From positions 10,106,001 to 10,170,000 of the forward strand of contig CM120649.1 in the NCBI GenBank assembly GCA_051362555.1: a stretch of 64,000 nucleotides of DNA, read 5' to 3'. Shown one piece after another: positions 12,901 to 24,784 of this stretch (position 1 is the stretch's first letter; each line of letters starts with the position of its first letter). Below the pieces are notes generated by a model that worked only from the letters and a program-made list of their open reading frames with translations, had not been told where the DNA came from and did no database searches. The translations under genes were made by a program, and so were the position numbers. Source of the DNA: Lingula anatina (lineage: Eukaryota > Animalia > Brachiopoda).

Positions 12901-14272
12901 GTAAAAACTTTATATATTTGCGGAATTAAAAGTAGATAAATGTAAACATTTGACAGAAAGCCTAGTTTTGATAATGATAATTCAGGATTTTGTAAATGCG
13001 GGAACCGGAGTTACAATGTAGTAATATGAAATTGTTTCGGTTCTGTAGGATAACATAAAACACAATGACAATTAGCATGTGGTTTACAGAGCACAGGGAT
13101 GCAGAAAGTGTTTGGTCTTTCTCTTGCTTTATTTATACATTATATTGCTTATTTTGTGAGTAGTCTGACATAAATTCAGCATTTTATTGCTACATGTGAT
13201 TAATTTAAATGTGATCACTTTAATAGACAGAAAAATAATGATTTTACCAGTTACTTTATTCCGATTAACCCACTTAAATAATTTCGTAATCCAAACGCTA
13301 GTATTTTAGCTCAATTTCTTTTAAAACCAGATACTTTGTTCGAGCATTTTATTCCAGATTGTAATATAAAGGATGGTATGAAATTGAAATCATGAAAATT
13401 GAAGTCAACGGAGGTTGACAGTGCTCAGCAAATAAATATACGTTCGCTTTCCTGGTCGCGGCTAGTTCTGTAGAAAACCACCGGTTTATTGTCAGTTAAC
13501 TTTAATAAACAGTATATATTTGCACAAGCCGCTGTTGTAAGATGAAAAAGGCACCCATTGGGAGCTGAGAATGTACCGGTAGTTACCTGCTTTGTCGTCT
13601 TGCTTTGTTTAAGACGGAATAACGAGTTCAGACCTTTGGACGGCTGGAATAATCTTCTCACTTCTCTATGAACAAATGCTTTCCTTCTGGAAAAAGCAAC
13701 ATAAGAAGTTTTCAAGCTCATTTTGGCGTTCATGTCAATCAAATATATCCAAGAGCCATTACTCCTGAACTGAAGAGGAATATGCATTCTTTCTGATAAA
13801 ATATCGTCAACATAAATCGATCAGTGTTGTCTTATATCATGTATACAGTACTTACAACAAACTACATCAGTTCTTAGTGCCAAAATTTCAGTCTACGTGT
13901 GGTAATCGTGGCAATGTGGCACATGAAGCTTCTTCCTCTTCCTACTGACCTTGGTCCTATCTGAATACCTCTCACCAAAATGCTCACCTGGTTACATAAT
14001 AGTATCACTGTCGTGGGATTGTGTTAGAGAAGACACTTAACGCAATCTTTCAGGTTATTGCACAAACAAACCATCTTGTTTTGTCCAAAGACTTTCACCC
14101 CAAATGAATGAGGTTATTATTATTATTAACGCATCCCAATTAAAACATGCTGTCGCCTATTGCTATAGCACTGTAAATATTTAACACTAGAGTTGTGGCG
14201 ACTAAGGTTTGTACAGGTATTTCTAACATTTTTATTTTTTAAAAAAGTGCTTTGTTTTTCTTTTAAAGACGC

Positions 14273-14552
14273 ATAACAAAGAAGAAAGCCGCTCAGTACA
14301 TTCTCTGTACGTTCTCTGTAACACAGAGAATGTACAAGGCAGCAATTTTTTATTATTATTATTGATTATTGATTGATTATTGGTCCGGATCACCACCAAA
14401 ACTAATCACTTCTAAGTTAACCCATTTCCCACCTACCCTGAAAATTTCATCAAAATCGGTCCTTAACTTTTTGAGTTATGTTGATGACAAACAAAAAAAC
14501 AAACAAACAAACAGACAGACAGGGGTGAAAACAACCTCCTTGGCGGATGTAC
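14273..14552 (-). mobile_element. Non-autonomous Helentron-associated element (HINE), family 2, diverged copy
   Basis: Reverse-complement homologue of 14903-15207: AACCTCCTTGGCGGATGTA end, (AAAC)n(AGAC)n microsatellite, and shared core CCGGATCACCACCAAAACTAATCA / CTGAAAATTTCATCAAAATC / TTTTTGAGTTATGTTGATGACA. Confidence 0.7.
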
Positions 14553-14902
14553 AATGTAATTAATCTGTCAATCAGCCGAACAAAAGCTTTAAAACTGCAC
14601 ATTTATTATATTTCTGGGCGCAAACTTGATACTCTTATCCGTTCCTCTAGTTCTGAAACCCGAGTTGTTTCTTGAATTTATACTATATGAAACTATACAT
14701 GGTGGCATTTGGTCGAATTTATTGGCAATAATTTGACAAGTTTTTAAAAAATCTGACTAGATAAAGTTGACCTTTCAATATATTAGTAGAAATATGAAGT
14801 GAATATCATCATAAAAATAGTAAAAATACATTATATACTGTGTTTTTATCTTTTGGTGATAATTAAATAGCAAAGTCAAGATTATGCTAGTAGGAGTCAT
14901 GT

Positions 14903-15207
14903 TTAATTACCTCCGCCAAGGAGGTTATGTTTTCACCCCTGTTTGTTTGTTTGTCTGTCTGCCTGTCTGTCATCAACATAACTCAAAAAGTTATGGACTG
15001 ATTTTGATGAAATTTTCAGGAACTGTCAGAAGTGAGCCAAGGAACAGATGATTAGTTTTTGGTGGTGATCCGGATCAATAATCAATCAATAATCAAAAAT
15101 CAAAAAACTAAATCATTATAGAATGAAAATTTAGGGGTGAAACGGCATTGGGTGGAGACTTTGCTGCCTTGGCGGAGGTCTGCGCTCTCGGAGTGCTTTT
15201 CTAGTTT
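14903..15207 (+). mobile_element. Non-autonomous Helentron-associated element (HINE/DINE-1-like), family 2, complete
   Basis: 5' subTIR ACCTCCGCCAAGG (14909-14921), (TTTG)n(TCTG)n microsatellite, 3' subTIR CCTTGGCGGAGGT (15167-15179), hairpin GCGCTC-TCG-GAGTGC, end TTTTCTAGTTT, T-rich flanks. Confidence 0.85.
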
Positions 15208-15771
15208 ACCATAATCCTAGATTTCATGACTGTTTTTGATACATCCTGAAAATAATCTTAAATTTTAGTGGTGGGTATGGCTTTGCATAAGTGATTTAGT
15301 GAATGAATTTAAAGGGTTCATTAGTAATTTTTTCCTTTACAGGTTGTTAAACTTATATTGCACTTGACTTTTTCTCATACTTTGAGTGAGGTAAACACCA
15401 TTGTTTGTTAGAAAAATATACTTTATAACTAGCTTTTTGTAACATAATTGATTTGTTTGTTGGACTAATTTGGCAGTTTGTTTTCAAAGCAAAAGCTAAA
15501 ACCGCATATGCCCAAATCTGAATAGATTTTAATTTGGCCTAGGGTGATTTAAAATCTGGATGGATTTCTATCTGGCCTGCGACATAAATATAGCTCATAT
15601 GACAATAAAATTCTATTAAAACATAGATTCTTTCTTATTGATGGTTATAAAAGTAAAATGTGTATTAAAGTATTTTGTTTGTATAATTGTCAATGGCAGT
15701 ACATGTATCTTGTATCGGTACATTAAACACTTTTTAAATGATGAGTTTTTTACACACTAAAATAGCATAAT

Positions 15772-16097
15772 CCCGAAGAAATTTAATTTGCTGTGAACTC
15801 AACACACATAACTTATATTAAAATTTTAAAGTTTCCTGTACATTTGTGGCAAACTCCTGATCAAATTTTAAGTTTACTGCACACTGTCCTCATGCTTCTA
15901 TTGAAATACCAAGTCTCTTGCACACTTTCTGCACACTGTTTGTACTCATGGAAGTGTGCAGTAGGTGTGCAGCAAGATTTTTACTGCACACTTCTGCACG
16001 CTCCCCACAGCTGTCTACTGCACACTCTAGAGTGTGCTGTACATGTGCAGTAAATTTGCAGCACATGTGCTGCACACTTTTTAAATTTTGCTAAGGG
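15772..16097. mobile_element. Possible CACTA/EnSpm-like non-autonomous remnant with many TGCACAC/GTGTGC motifs
   Basis: Roughly ten (C)TGCACAC / GTGTGC motifs in both orientations. End AAATTTTGCTAAGGG matches CCCGAAGAAATTT at 15772 only weakly; no matching TSD. Confidence 0.3.
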
Positions 16098-16961
16098 TTA
16101 CTAATCTATGTATTTCTGTCATGGTAGATCTTAGTTATTTGATTTATATGTAAAATATGCTTATAATTTATTGTCCCGTCCCTATTAATGCTATGTTTAT
16201 CAAGCAACAGGTACTCTACATGCATTCTCACTACAATGTTAAACAAATTTTTAAAATAATAATAATTCCAAGATTGAAGAAATGGTTGATTTACAAAGAT
16301 TTATTGTGAAACAAATTTTCCTTTGCTCAGTACAAATACAAACAATGTCTACGTCTATGTATACATTAGAATTGGTTGTTCAAGAATGAACTATATACAA
16401 TATACAGGTAAATCTAAGGGCAATCTAAGGGCACAAACAGACATCCAATTAATATCAAACATTTGAAAACATATTGCCTTTCCCACCTGATAGTGTAAAG
16501 CAAGATCAAGGCAAATGTTTATTAAGTCCTTTGGTTTGTTCTAGTGGTTTGTTGTATTCAGTCTCTGTTTATACTGTCCTTGGTACAGAGTGATCAGTCT
16601 TAAAAGATTTCCAAACAGCAGTGGTTACTGTATATAGTTTGTATCCAACACCTCACACATAATGTCCGTAATATCCTTTGCACTGGTAAGATTAATAAAG
16701 AGAGTATTCAAATCCATTCCATAAATACATTCCTTTTGACATTTACACTTCCATCAAGGTCATAAATATACAGATTGGCCTGTGCTGAATTGCATATATT
16801 TGCAGCAATTGTACCAACTGAAGTATATGATAGACCTCTTGTTGAGCAGGTATTTTAACTTTAAAGTAGATACTGGAACCACACTGCGAATGGTTGAACA
16901 CACTTTTTATGTACAGACACAGATGTGTCTGTACATATTGCCATCGCCTGCGTCTGTCGTC

Positions 16962-17012
16962 GCCGATGCCGTCGCCGATGCCGATGCCGATGCCGATGCC
17001 GATGCCGATGCC
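16962..17012. repeat. (GCCGAT)n microsatellite of the Helentron 5' end
   Basis: Directly visible; an inverted copy lies at ~62312-62365. Confidence 0.95.
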
Positions 17013-17835
17013 GGCGCCGTGCACTTTCCTTGTAAACACGATAAGTGGAGGGCAGTTTTACTTTTTGGCTTTATATTTACAGAGCTTATGAATATTCATA
17101 AAACGCAAGTCAAGTTCGAAAATCAGCATGATTGGGCCATTATTGTAGAAGTTATGCTGTTTTTTCACTTTTCAGCATATTTTTCACATTTCCTCAGATT
17201 CAATTCTTAGGCATGTTAACAGTCTCATTATTAAACTAATAAGATACGTAAAAGTTTTTGTTTGACATTTCCTGCATCTTTACAACATTGTTAGTTGATT
17301 TTGTAAAAATGATGGTAAACTTGTTATTATGTATTGTGTAATAAAGTGTCAAAAATGGAAATAAACTCATATCATTGCAGTTTGTCAGATTCAATCATTC
17401 ACTATGTTCAGAATCTCAGAATGGAAGAAATTGGACATTTAACACTGCTTTATTGATATTTTTCCCATCTCATCAATTTTCTTAGTTGATCATATAAAAA
17501 TGGCAGTAAACTGTTAATTTTGTTTTATGTTAAAAATTGTTAAAAATGGAAAAAAAATAAAATTTCAGAACAGTGCTGTCTTGTTTACATTTTGGCATTT
17601 TCAAGTTGTGACTTTGAAGTTCCATGGGCCTGAAGACCTTTGCTAGTCACATTTTCTGAATATCCATGATACTAATATTTTATTATTAAAAATTGATGGT
17701 CATTATGCTGTTAAACATTATGTAATATTGCATCAAAATTTGAAAAAAACCTATTTTGGGCACTGCTCCCATGATGACCATTTAAGAAAAACCATGTCAC
17801 TTACTGTTTTCAAACAGTACAGTAAATATATATAT

Positions 17836-19105
17836 AGATGTGTCTGTACATATTGCCATCACCTGCGTCTGTCGTCGCCGTCATCGCCGGCACTGGCGCC
17901 GTGCACTTTCATTGTAAACACGATAAGTTGAACACACTTTTATTTTTTGATTTTATATTTACAGAGCTGATGAATATTCATAAAACGCAGGTCAAGTTCG
18001 AAAATCAGCATGATCGGGCCATTATAGTAGAAGTTATGCTGTTTTTTCACTTTTCAGCATATATGCAACCCTGTAAACACATTTTAAGGAAAACCGATAG
18101 GCCTGTTGTCATGAAACTCACAGGAGTAATCAATCTTACAAAAATGCAGGTCAAGTTCGAAAATCAGCATGATTGGGCCATAATTGTAGAAGTTATGCTG
18201 TTTTCTCACTTTTCAACATATATGCAACACTGTATATATATTTTCAAGGAAAACTAATAGGCTTATTGACATGAAACTCACAGGAGAGCTTAATGTTACT
18301 AAAGTACAGGTTGAGTTCGAAAGTAAGCTTGATTGGTTCCATTTTGATGCAGTTATGTTTATAAGTGTTGTTTATAAGTGCTTTTACCTCAGGTTCAATT
18401 CTTAGGCATGTTTACAGTCTCATTATTGAACCAATAAGATACGTATAAATGTTCTTTTGACAAATTTTTCATCTTTACAATATTGTTAGTTGATTACATA
18501 AAAACCTGTGTTAATCTATTGTGTAATTAAGTCTCAAAAATGGAAAAAAAGCAAATTATTGCAGTTTGTCAGATTTAATCATTTACTATGTTCAGAATCT
18601 CAAAATGGAGCAAACTGAACATTTAATATTGTTCTATATATACTATCTATGTCTCAACAATTTTCTTGTTTGATCATTAAAAAAGTACAGTAAATTAATT
18701 GTTTTATGTAAAAAAAAGTGTTAAAATGGAAATAAACCCATTTCAGTACAGTTCTGTCTTGTTTACATTTCGGTAATTTCAAGGTGTGACTTTGAAGTTT
18801 CATAGTCCTGAAAACCTTTGCTAGTCACATTTTCTGAATATTTATGATACTTTGATATTTAATCATTAAAATTTGATAGTCATTATGCAGTTAAGCATTA
18901 CGCAATATTGCATTAAAAATGAAGAAAACTCTTTTCTAGGCACTGCCACCATAGAAGGAAAACCATGTTACTCACTCTTCTCAAATTTACAGGAAAGAAA
19001 CATGGGCCTTAAATGCAGCTTCCTTTGGAAAAGCATTTTGTTTAGTTATTTTTTCTGGAAGTTATACTTTTTTGTGAAAAAATGATTTTCGTATATTGGC
19101 ATTTT
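17836..19105 (+). repeat. Diverged tandem duplicate of the Helentron 5' terminal region, with ~160-bp core repeats
   Basis: TAGATGTGTCTGTACATATTGCCATCACCTGCGTCTGTCGTCGCC at 17836 repeats 16920ff. CAAGTTCGAAAATCAGCATGAT recurs at ~17112, 17993 and 18153, with a diverged copy at 18313. Confidence 0.85.
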
Positions 19106-19237
19106 GAAGTTATATTGACAGATTCTTAGAAATACAGAAATATAGTTTCTTTGGCACACTCAAGAAATGACTAAGCAGCATTTTGGGTGGTGTGTACATC
19201 AGCTGTTGCTTTTTTATTACACTGTGGGTGAACAGGT

Positions 19238-19500
19238 TAACAGAAAAGCCAGAACTCTGTTAGAAAGATTCTAAGCTCTCAGCAAGAGGTTTCCCACTAT
19301 CCCCAGTTCATTTGACTAATGAGATGCACTGACCTAGAAATGTGCAACTAGACACTGTTGCTAAGGGTGGAGAGTTTAACAGAAAAGCCAGAACTCCCTT
19401 AGGAAGATTCTAAGCTCTCATCAAGAGGTTTCCCACAATCCCCAGTTCATTTGACTAATGAGATGCAGTGACCTAGAAATGTGCAACTAGAGACATTGTT
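19238..19500. repeat. 139-bp direct duplication
   Basis: TTAACAGAAAAGCCAGAACTC...GACCTAGAAATGTGCAACTAGA at 19238 and at ~19376. Confidence 0.9.
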
Positions 19501-21132
19501 AAGGAGGCCACAGGTTTACAGAAGAAGTTTGGTAAGTTGTAAATTTCAGTTTAATGTTAGTGGTTAAGGGGAGTTATTTATACTGCTATTGAAAACAATT
19601 AAGGAGCAAAAATAAAGCAAAAAATCCTAATCGACAGTTGAAAAGATCATACATACATAACATCAGACACTGAAGATGTTCATGTGAAATCTGTATCCTA
19701 AAGCTATTTGCAACTGTGCAGTAACTTTTAGAGATGTGCATCAACACTACTCATGAGTAAAGAAAGTTAAGAATAGCTCTGTGAAAAATCTCATTAAATG
19801 GTAATGGTGTCTTGCTTGTTTCAATTGATGCCACATTTCTTTATTGAAGAGAATTTGCCTTTCATTGATTCACAGGATTAATGCATTTGCTTTATGGTGT
19901 TGAACAGCATGTGTACTTTGCTCCAAAAGGGGGTCAAGGTTATCCTGTGTTACAGTACTAGTAATTGCTAACATTACTGGTGATATTTTAATATACTTGT
20001 AGTAACCATAGTTTCTTCTCAACATTGTGGCTGATAAAAATTGAAGGAGTATGTTTGTGATATAAAGAGCATCGATGCTAGATTGAATAATAGTCAGTTG
20101 AATTTATATAATTTCATATTTCTTCCAGCTCACAGTTGATGTTAGAAGCAATTCAGTTGAAGCTTCGCAGATTAATTAGTGTGGCAATAGAATGTAAGTA
20201 TTGTTTGTTTTAAATCATTAACATTTAAGTCTCACGATCATCAAAATACCAGAAATATGCATTTGATGTAGATAGCTACTAGAATTCAAATATATAGAAA
20301 AGGCAATACTTTAACATCTAGGCAGATACTAAATTGTAGGAAATATGTGGGTTGGTTATTGAAGCAACAGAATAGATGGACCACTGACAAGCAGATCCGT
20401 CCACTAAATATGTTTTACCCCACTTCAAAAGCCATTTCATTAATTCCTTAACGGTCAATATCTTTATATCTTAACTGTCTTTTTTTATTATTGACTCTAT
20501 TGGTCATATTCTGTTCATTTTACCTCTGTAAAATCTACTGAACAAGCAGGTCCATCCACTATTATATAAGTACCAGCAATGTGCACTTTATGGATTTAAG
20601 ACTGTAAATAAATATTATTATTATTATTATTATTATTATATGCCATATATTTTTTGAGTAACCATAGTTTCTTCTTAACAAAGTGGAGCTGATGAAAAGT
20701 AAAGGAATATGTTTGTATCAGTGCTAGATTAAATAATAGTCAATTTAGTTTATATAATATTCTATTTCTTCCAGTTCCCATTTGAAGTTACTCAGTCAGT
20801 TACTCAGTCAGTCAATTGCACCTTGTCCGGATAATTAGTGTGGCAATAGAATGTAAGTATTGTTTTAGATACTTTTCATTTAAGTCTCAGGATCATCTAA
20901 GTACCAGCATTGTGCACTTTATATAGATAGCTACTAGCAGCCAAGTACATACCAAGGCAATACTTTTAGATAGGTAGATACTTTATTGTTGGCAATATGT
21001 GGGTTGGTTATTGAAGCAACAGAATAGATGGACCACTGACAAGCAGATCTGTCCACTAAATATGTTTTGCCCCACTTCAAAAGCCATGTCATTAATTCCT
21101 TAACGGTCTTCTTGCCCCCACACAAGCCACAA

Positions 21133-21305
21133 CTGTAGGGGCCTAATAATTAAACCCGAACACGAGGTTAAATCCGTTTAAGGGCACATGTGGAGGTGGT
21201 GAGACCTTCGGGATTCAGTGCTATCACTTTTAAAGTGGGGTCAGCCCTATTTAGTTGGCGGATCTGCTAGTTGGTGGATCATCTTGTTTTGAATGGGACC
21301 TACAG
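21133..21305. mobile_element. 173-bp MITE with CTGTAGG...CCTACAG ends (Tc1/pogo-like, probable TA target); duplicated at 22008-22180
   Basis: ACTGTAGGGGCC vs GGGACCTACAGT inverted termini; present in units 2 and 3, absent in unit 1. Confidence 0.55.
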
Positions 21306-22270
21306 TATATATTTATTTACATTGCACCATATATTTCAATATCTTAATATCTTAACTGTCTATTATTATTATTGACTCTATTGGTCATATTCTGTTCATT
21401 TTACCTCTGTAAAATCTACTAAACATTTTATAAGGATTTTAGACTGTAAATAAATATTATTATTATTATTATTAATATTATTATTATTATTATTATTATA
21501 TGCCATACATTTTTGAGTAACCATAGTTTCTTCTCAACAATGTGGAGCTTATGAAAAGTAAAGGAATATGTTTGTGATATAAAGAGCATCAGTGCTAGAT
21601 TAAATAATAGTCAATTGAGTTTATATAATATTCTATTTCTTCCAGTTCCCAGTTGAAGTTACTCAGTCAGTCAGCTACTCAGTCAGTCAATTGTACCTTG
21701 TCTGGATAATTAGTGTGGCAATAGAATGTAAGTATTGTTTTAGATACTTTTCATTTAAGTCTCAGGATTATATAAGTACCAGCATTGTGCACTTTATATA
21801 GATAGCTACTAGCAGCCAAGTACATACCAAGGCAATACTTTTAGATAGGTAGATACTTTATTGTTGGCAATATGTGGGTTGGTTATTGAAGCAACATAAT
21901 AGATGGACCACTGACAAGCAGATCCGTCCACTAAATATGTTTTGCCCTACTTCAAAAGCCATGTCATTAATTCCTTAACAGTCTTCTTGCCCCCACACAA
22001 GCCACAACTGTAGGGGCCTAATAATTAAACCCGAACACGAGGTTTAATCTGTTTAAGGGCACATGTGGAGGCGGTGAGACCTTCGGGATTCAGCGCTATC
22101 ACTTTTAAAGTGGGGTCAGCCCTATTTAGTTGGCGGATCTGCTAGTTGGTGGATCATCTTGTTTTGAATGGAACCTACAGTATATATTTATTTACATTGC
22201 ACCATATATTTCAATAACTTTATATCTTAACTGTCTATTTTTTAATATTATTATTATTTTTTCATATAAA

Positions 22271-22314
<44 letters not shown>

Positions 22315-22656
22315 GCCATATATTTTTGAGTAACCATAGTTTCTTCTCAACAATGTGGAGCTGAAGAAAAGTAAAGGAATATGTTTGTGATATAAAGAGC
22401 ATCAGTGCTAGATTAAATAATAGTCAATTGAGTTTATATAATATTCTATTTCTTCCAGTTCCCAGTTGAAGTTACTCAGTTAGTCAGCTACTCAGTCAGT
22501 CAATTGTACCTTGTCCGGATAATTAGTGTGGCAATAGAATGTAAGTATTGTTTTAGATACTTTTCATTTAAGTCTCAGGATCTTCTAAGTACCAGCATTG
22601 TGCACTTTATATAGATAGCTACTAGCAGCCAAGTACATACCAAGGCAATACCTTTA

Positions 22657-22871
22657 GACCCCATTTCCAAAGATTAGATCGATCTACTTTAGATTGACCT
22701 AACTCTTTGGGGGTTCACGCTAAATAGCTGTCAGCCCAGCGGACACAAAAGTTTATTACCCCCTTACAGCTTGTAGTTGGCGGGACGGACATTTAAGCTG
22801 GATTATCTGACAGTAATTTAGTGAGACTCCCTGCAGGGATAGATCATTCTAAAAGCTCTGGGAATACAGCC
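22657..22871 (+). mobile_element. PIF/Harbinger-type MITE, copy 2
   Basis: TTA TSD at 22654-22656 and 22872-22874. The empty site (GGCAATACTTTTAGATAGGTAG) is visible in the sister tandem units at ~20956 and ~21831. Confidence 0.9.
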
Positions 22872-24784
22872 TTAGATAGGTAGATACTTTATTGTTGGCA
22901 ATATCTGGGTTGGTTATTGAAGCAACATCAAGCCTTTATGGCAATTTTTATTATTTTAATATAATACTGTTGTATACTTTCCTGAAATCTAAAATGTCAG
23001 TATCCACTGATTGGTTTCTCCAAATATGAGAAAAGGCTCAAAAAAGTTTGCACCATTTTTGCTCATGACTGATTGTTCACATTTGAAGGTTGCTTTTGAA
23101 TACATAATAGACCCTTAATTAGTTCATCTCTCTTAAATGTGCAATTTACAGGTGTTTGGTACAGAAATGATGACCAGATTTGTGTTGGGCTGAATTAACT
23201 TGTCACCCAGAGCATCAATGAGCATATTGAACACTGTTGTGTATTAAGAGTATCACCTAGATCCCTACAGAAGGAATGAGTTACTAGTAGCAGCCCTTTT
23301 ATAAATGAAAATATCCTTTTAATTTAGTGTGCATTTACTTCATAGTATGATTGTTCCATCAATACCACACTTGAGCACGAGACCAGTTATTTTTCCCTAT
23401 CCATATAAAAAGGTACTGTTTGGTTAATAAATGGATTAAGCTTCCAAGCAGAGACTCCCCAGCATTTATCCAAGTCAGTTAAAGATAACTTATTATGAAT
23501 ATTCCCTTTGAAGATTAATTACAATGTTTACGTTCATCATAAGGGGATCAACAATTTGAATATTTCTTAATGGATGGATCGATGTTAATTTAATAACCCA
23601 TACAAGTAGCTTTTTGAATGTGACATACAACAGACATATTTGGTAACTGTTCTTCACCTTTTATAACTTCTGTGCAGCAATCTTAGAATTTGTTTTCAAC
23701 TGGTGTCACTTTATTCTTGTTTACTTTTGACATGTTTCAATGTGCAAATTGTGACTGCTGATTTTATATCTTTTGACTAAAGTAATAAGTACTTACATTT
23801 ATCAAATGTACCAAGTTCCCTTATCCATGTTTTGTTCTTTAATATACCTGTTTGGGAAGTCGATAGTAATTAGCGTGTAATTTAGTTACCTTGTAAAAAA
23901 TCCAACTTGGTATTTACAGATGTTCTGTATATAAAGAAGTATTATGTATCATTGTGCACACTTCTTTTTCAGTAGCTGTGGCTTACTAATTTCACATTTC
24001 TGACAACTTGATAATAACAAATCAATTCATATTTAAAAAGAGTAGCTTAAAGCAGGTCTGAGCATGTTTGAACATGTTCCAAAAGTCCTATTTTCTTCTG
24101 AAGTCTTTTCTTTTTCAATTTAACCTTAATAACTAAACAAACCTCAAATAAAAGTATTTTGTAAGCATACCTGATGCCTTTAATTTACATTTCTGAGCTT
24201 TGACATCTTAACCCTCAATCACCTTTCAGGGGCCTCGCAGGCCCGGACCCATGTATCTTTTGCTCTCTCTTCGTTCGCATGAGGTTTTGAGCCTGTTCCT
24301 TTCATGTAATCCTCAAGCAACTTATACCCCATCAATGGATAAATAATTAGTTTTGAAATAATTTACAACATATGAAGAAATTAACTTTTCCAAAAGTTAG
24401 TCCCATATCCTGGAAACCGGGCCTCTGAGGCCCGGTCGCTTGATAATTTTACTTCCACATGGGATAAATAAGTCCATGTTACCTCAAATAGCTTTGCTAT
24501 AAAATGTTTTACACAAGCAATATCATGTGTGCTATGACTATCAGTATGGTCAATGAAATCTGCCTGTGAAAGATTCAAGACCTGGAGAAATTATTATTTA
24601 TGAGTAATCGGTCACCTTGGTCACCTGATATGCAGATATCAGTTTAAATCTATAATTATTACATACCTGATAGACTGTGCTACCTTTGCGAAACTTTCCA
24701 TTTTGAGAAAAAAAAACGTTTTTCTGCATTTTCCATACACAGTGTATACTCATGCACCCAGGTGGAGGTTAAGGGAGCAAGGGA

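Larger units (their letters stand above)
20000..22930 (+). repeat. Four tandem 650-860-bp units, each containing an AG/GT-bounded exon-like segment
   Basis: Units start with GTAACCATAGTTTCTTCT at ~20002, 20658, 21517 and 22330. Each has TTTCTTCCAG|...GTGTGGCAATAGAAT|GTAAGT (exon-like segments 20129-20193, 20775-20852, 21646-21727, 22459-22540). Confidence 0.85.

Noticed and set aside
16743-18257. ORFs with DADADA/GIGIG/PMPMP repeats (also 62127-62520)
   Set aside because: Translations of the (GCCGAT)n microsatellite and core repeats of the Helentron 5' end.
19300-19490. Hammerhead ribozyme (CTAATGAG...GAAA) in the 139-bp duplication
   Set aside because: Core is CTAATGA not CTGATGA, and no stem II can form between the motifs.
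20340-23200. Intronic snoRNA cluster (H/ACA- or C/D-like motifs)
   Set aside because: No terminal ACA after the second hairpin; C/D-like boxes are unpaired or too close (23166-23192); the conserved segment is explained as a MITE remnant.
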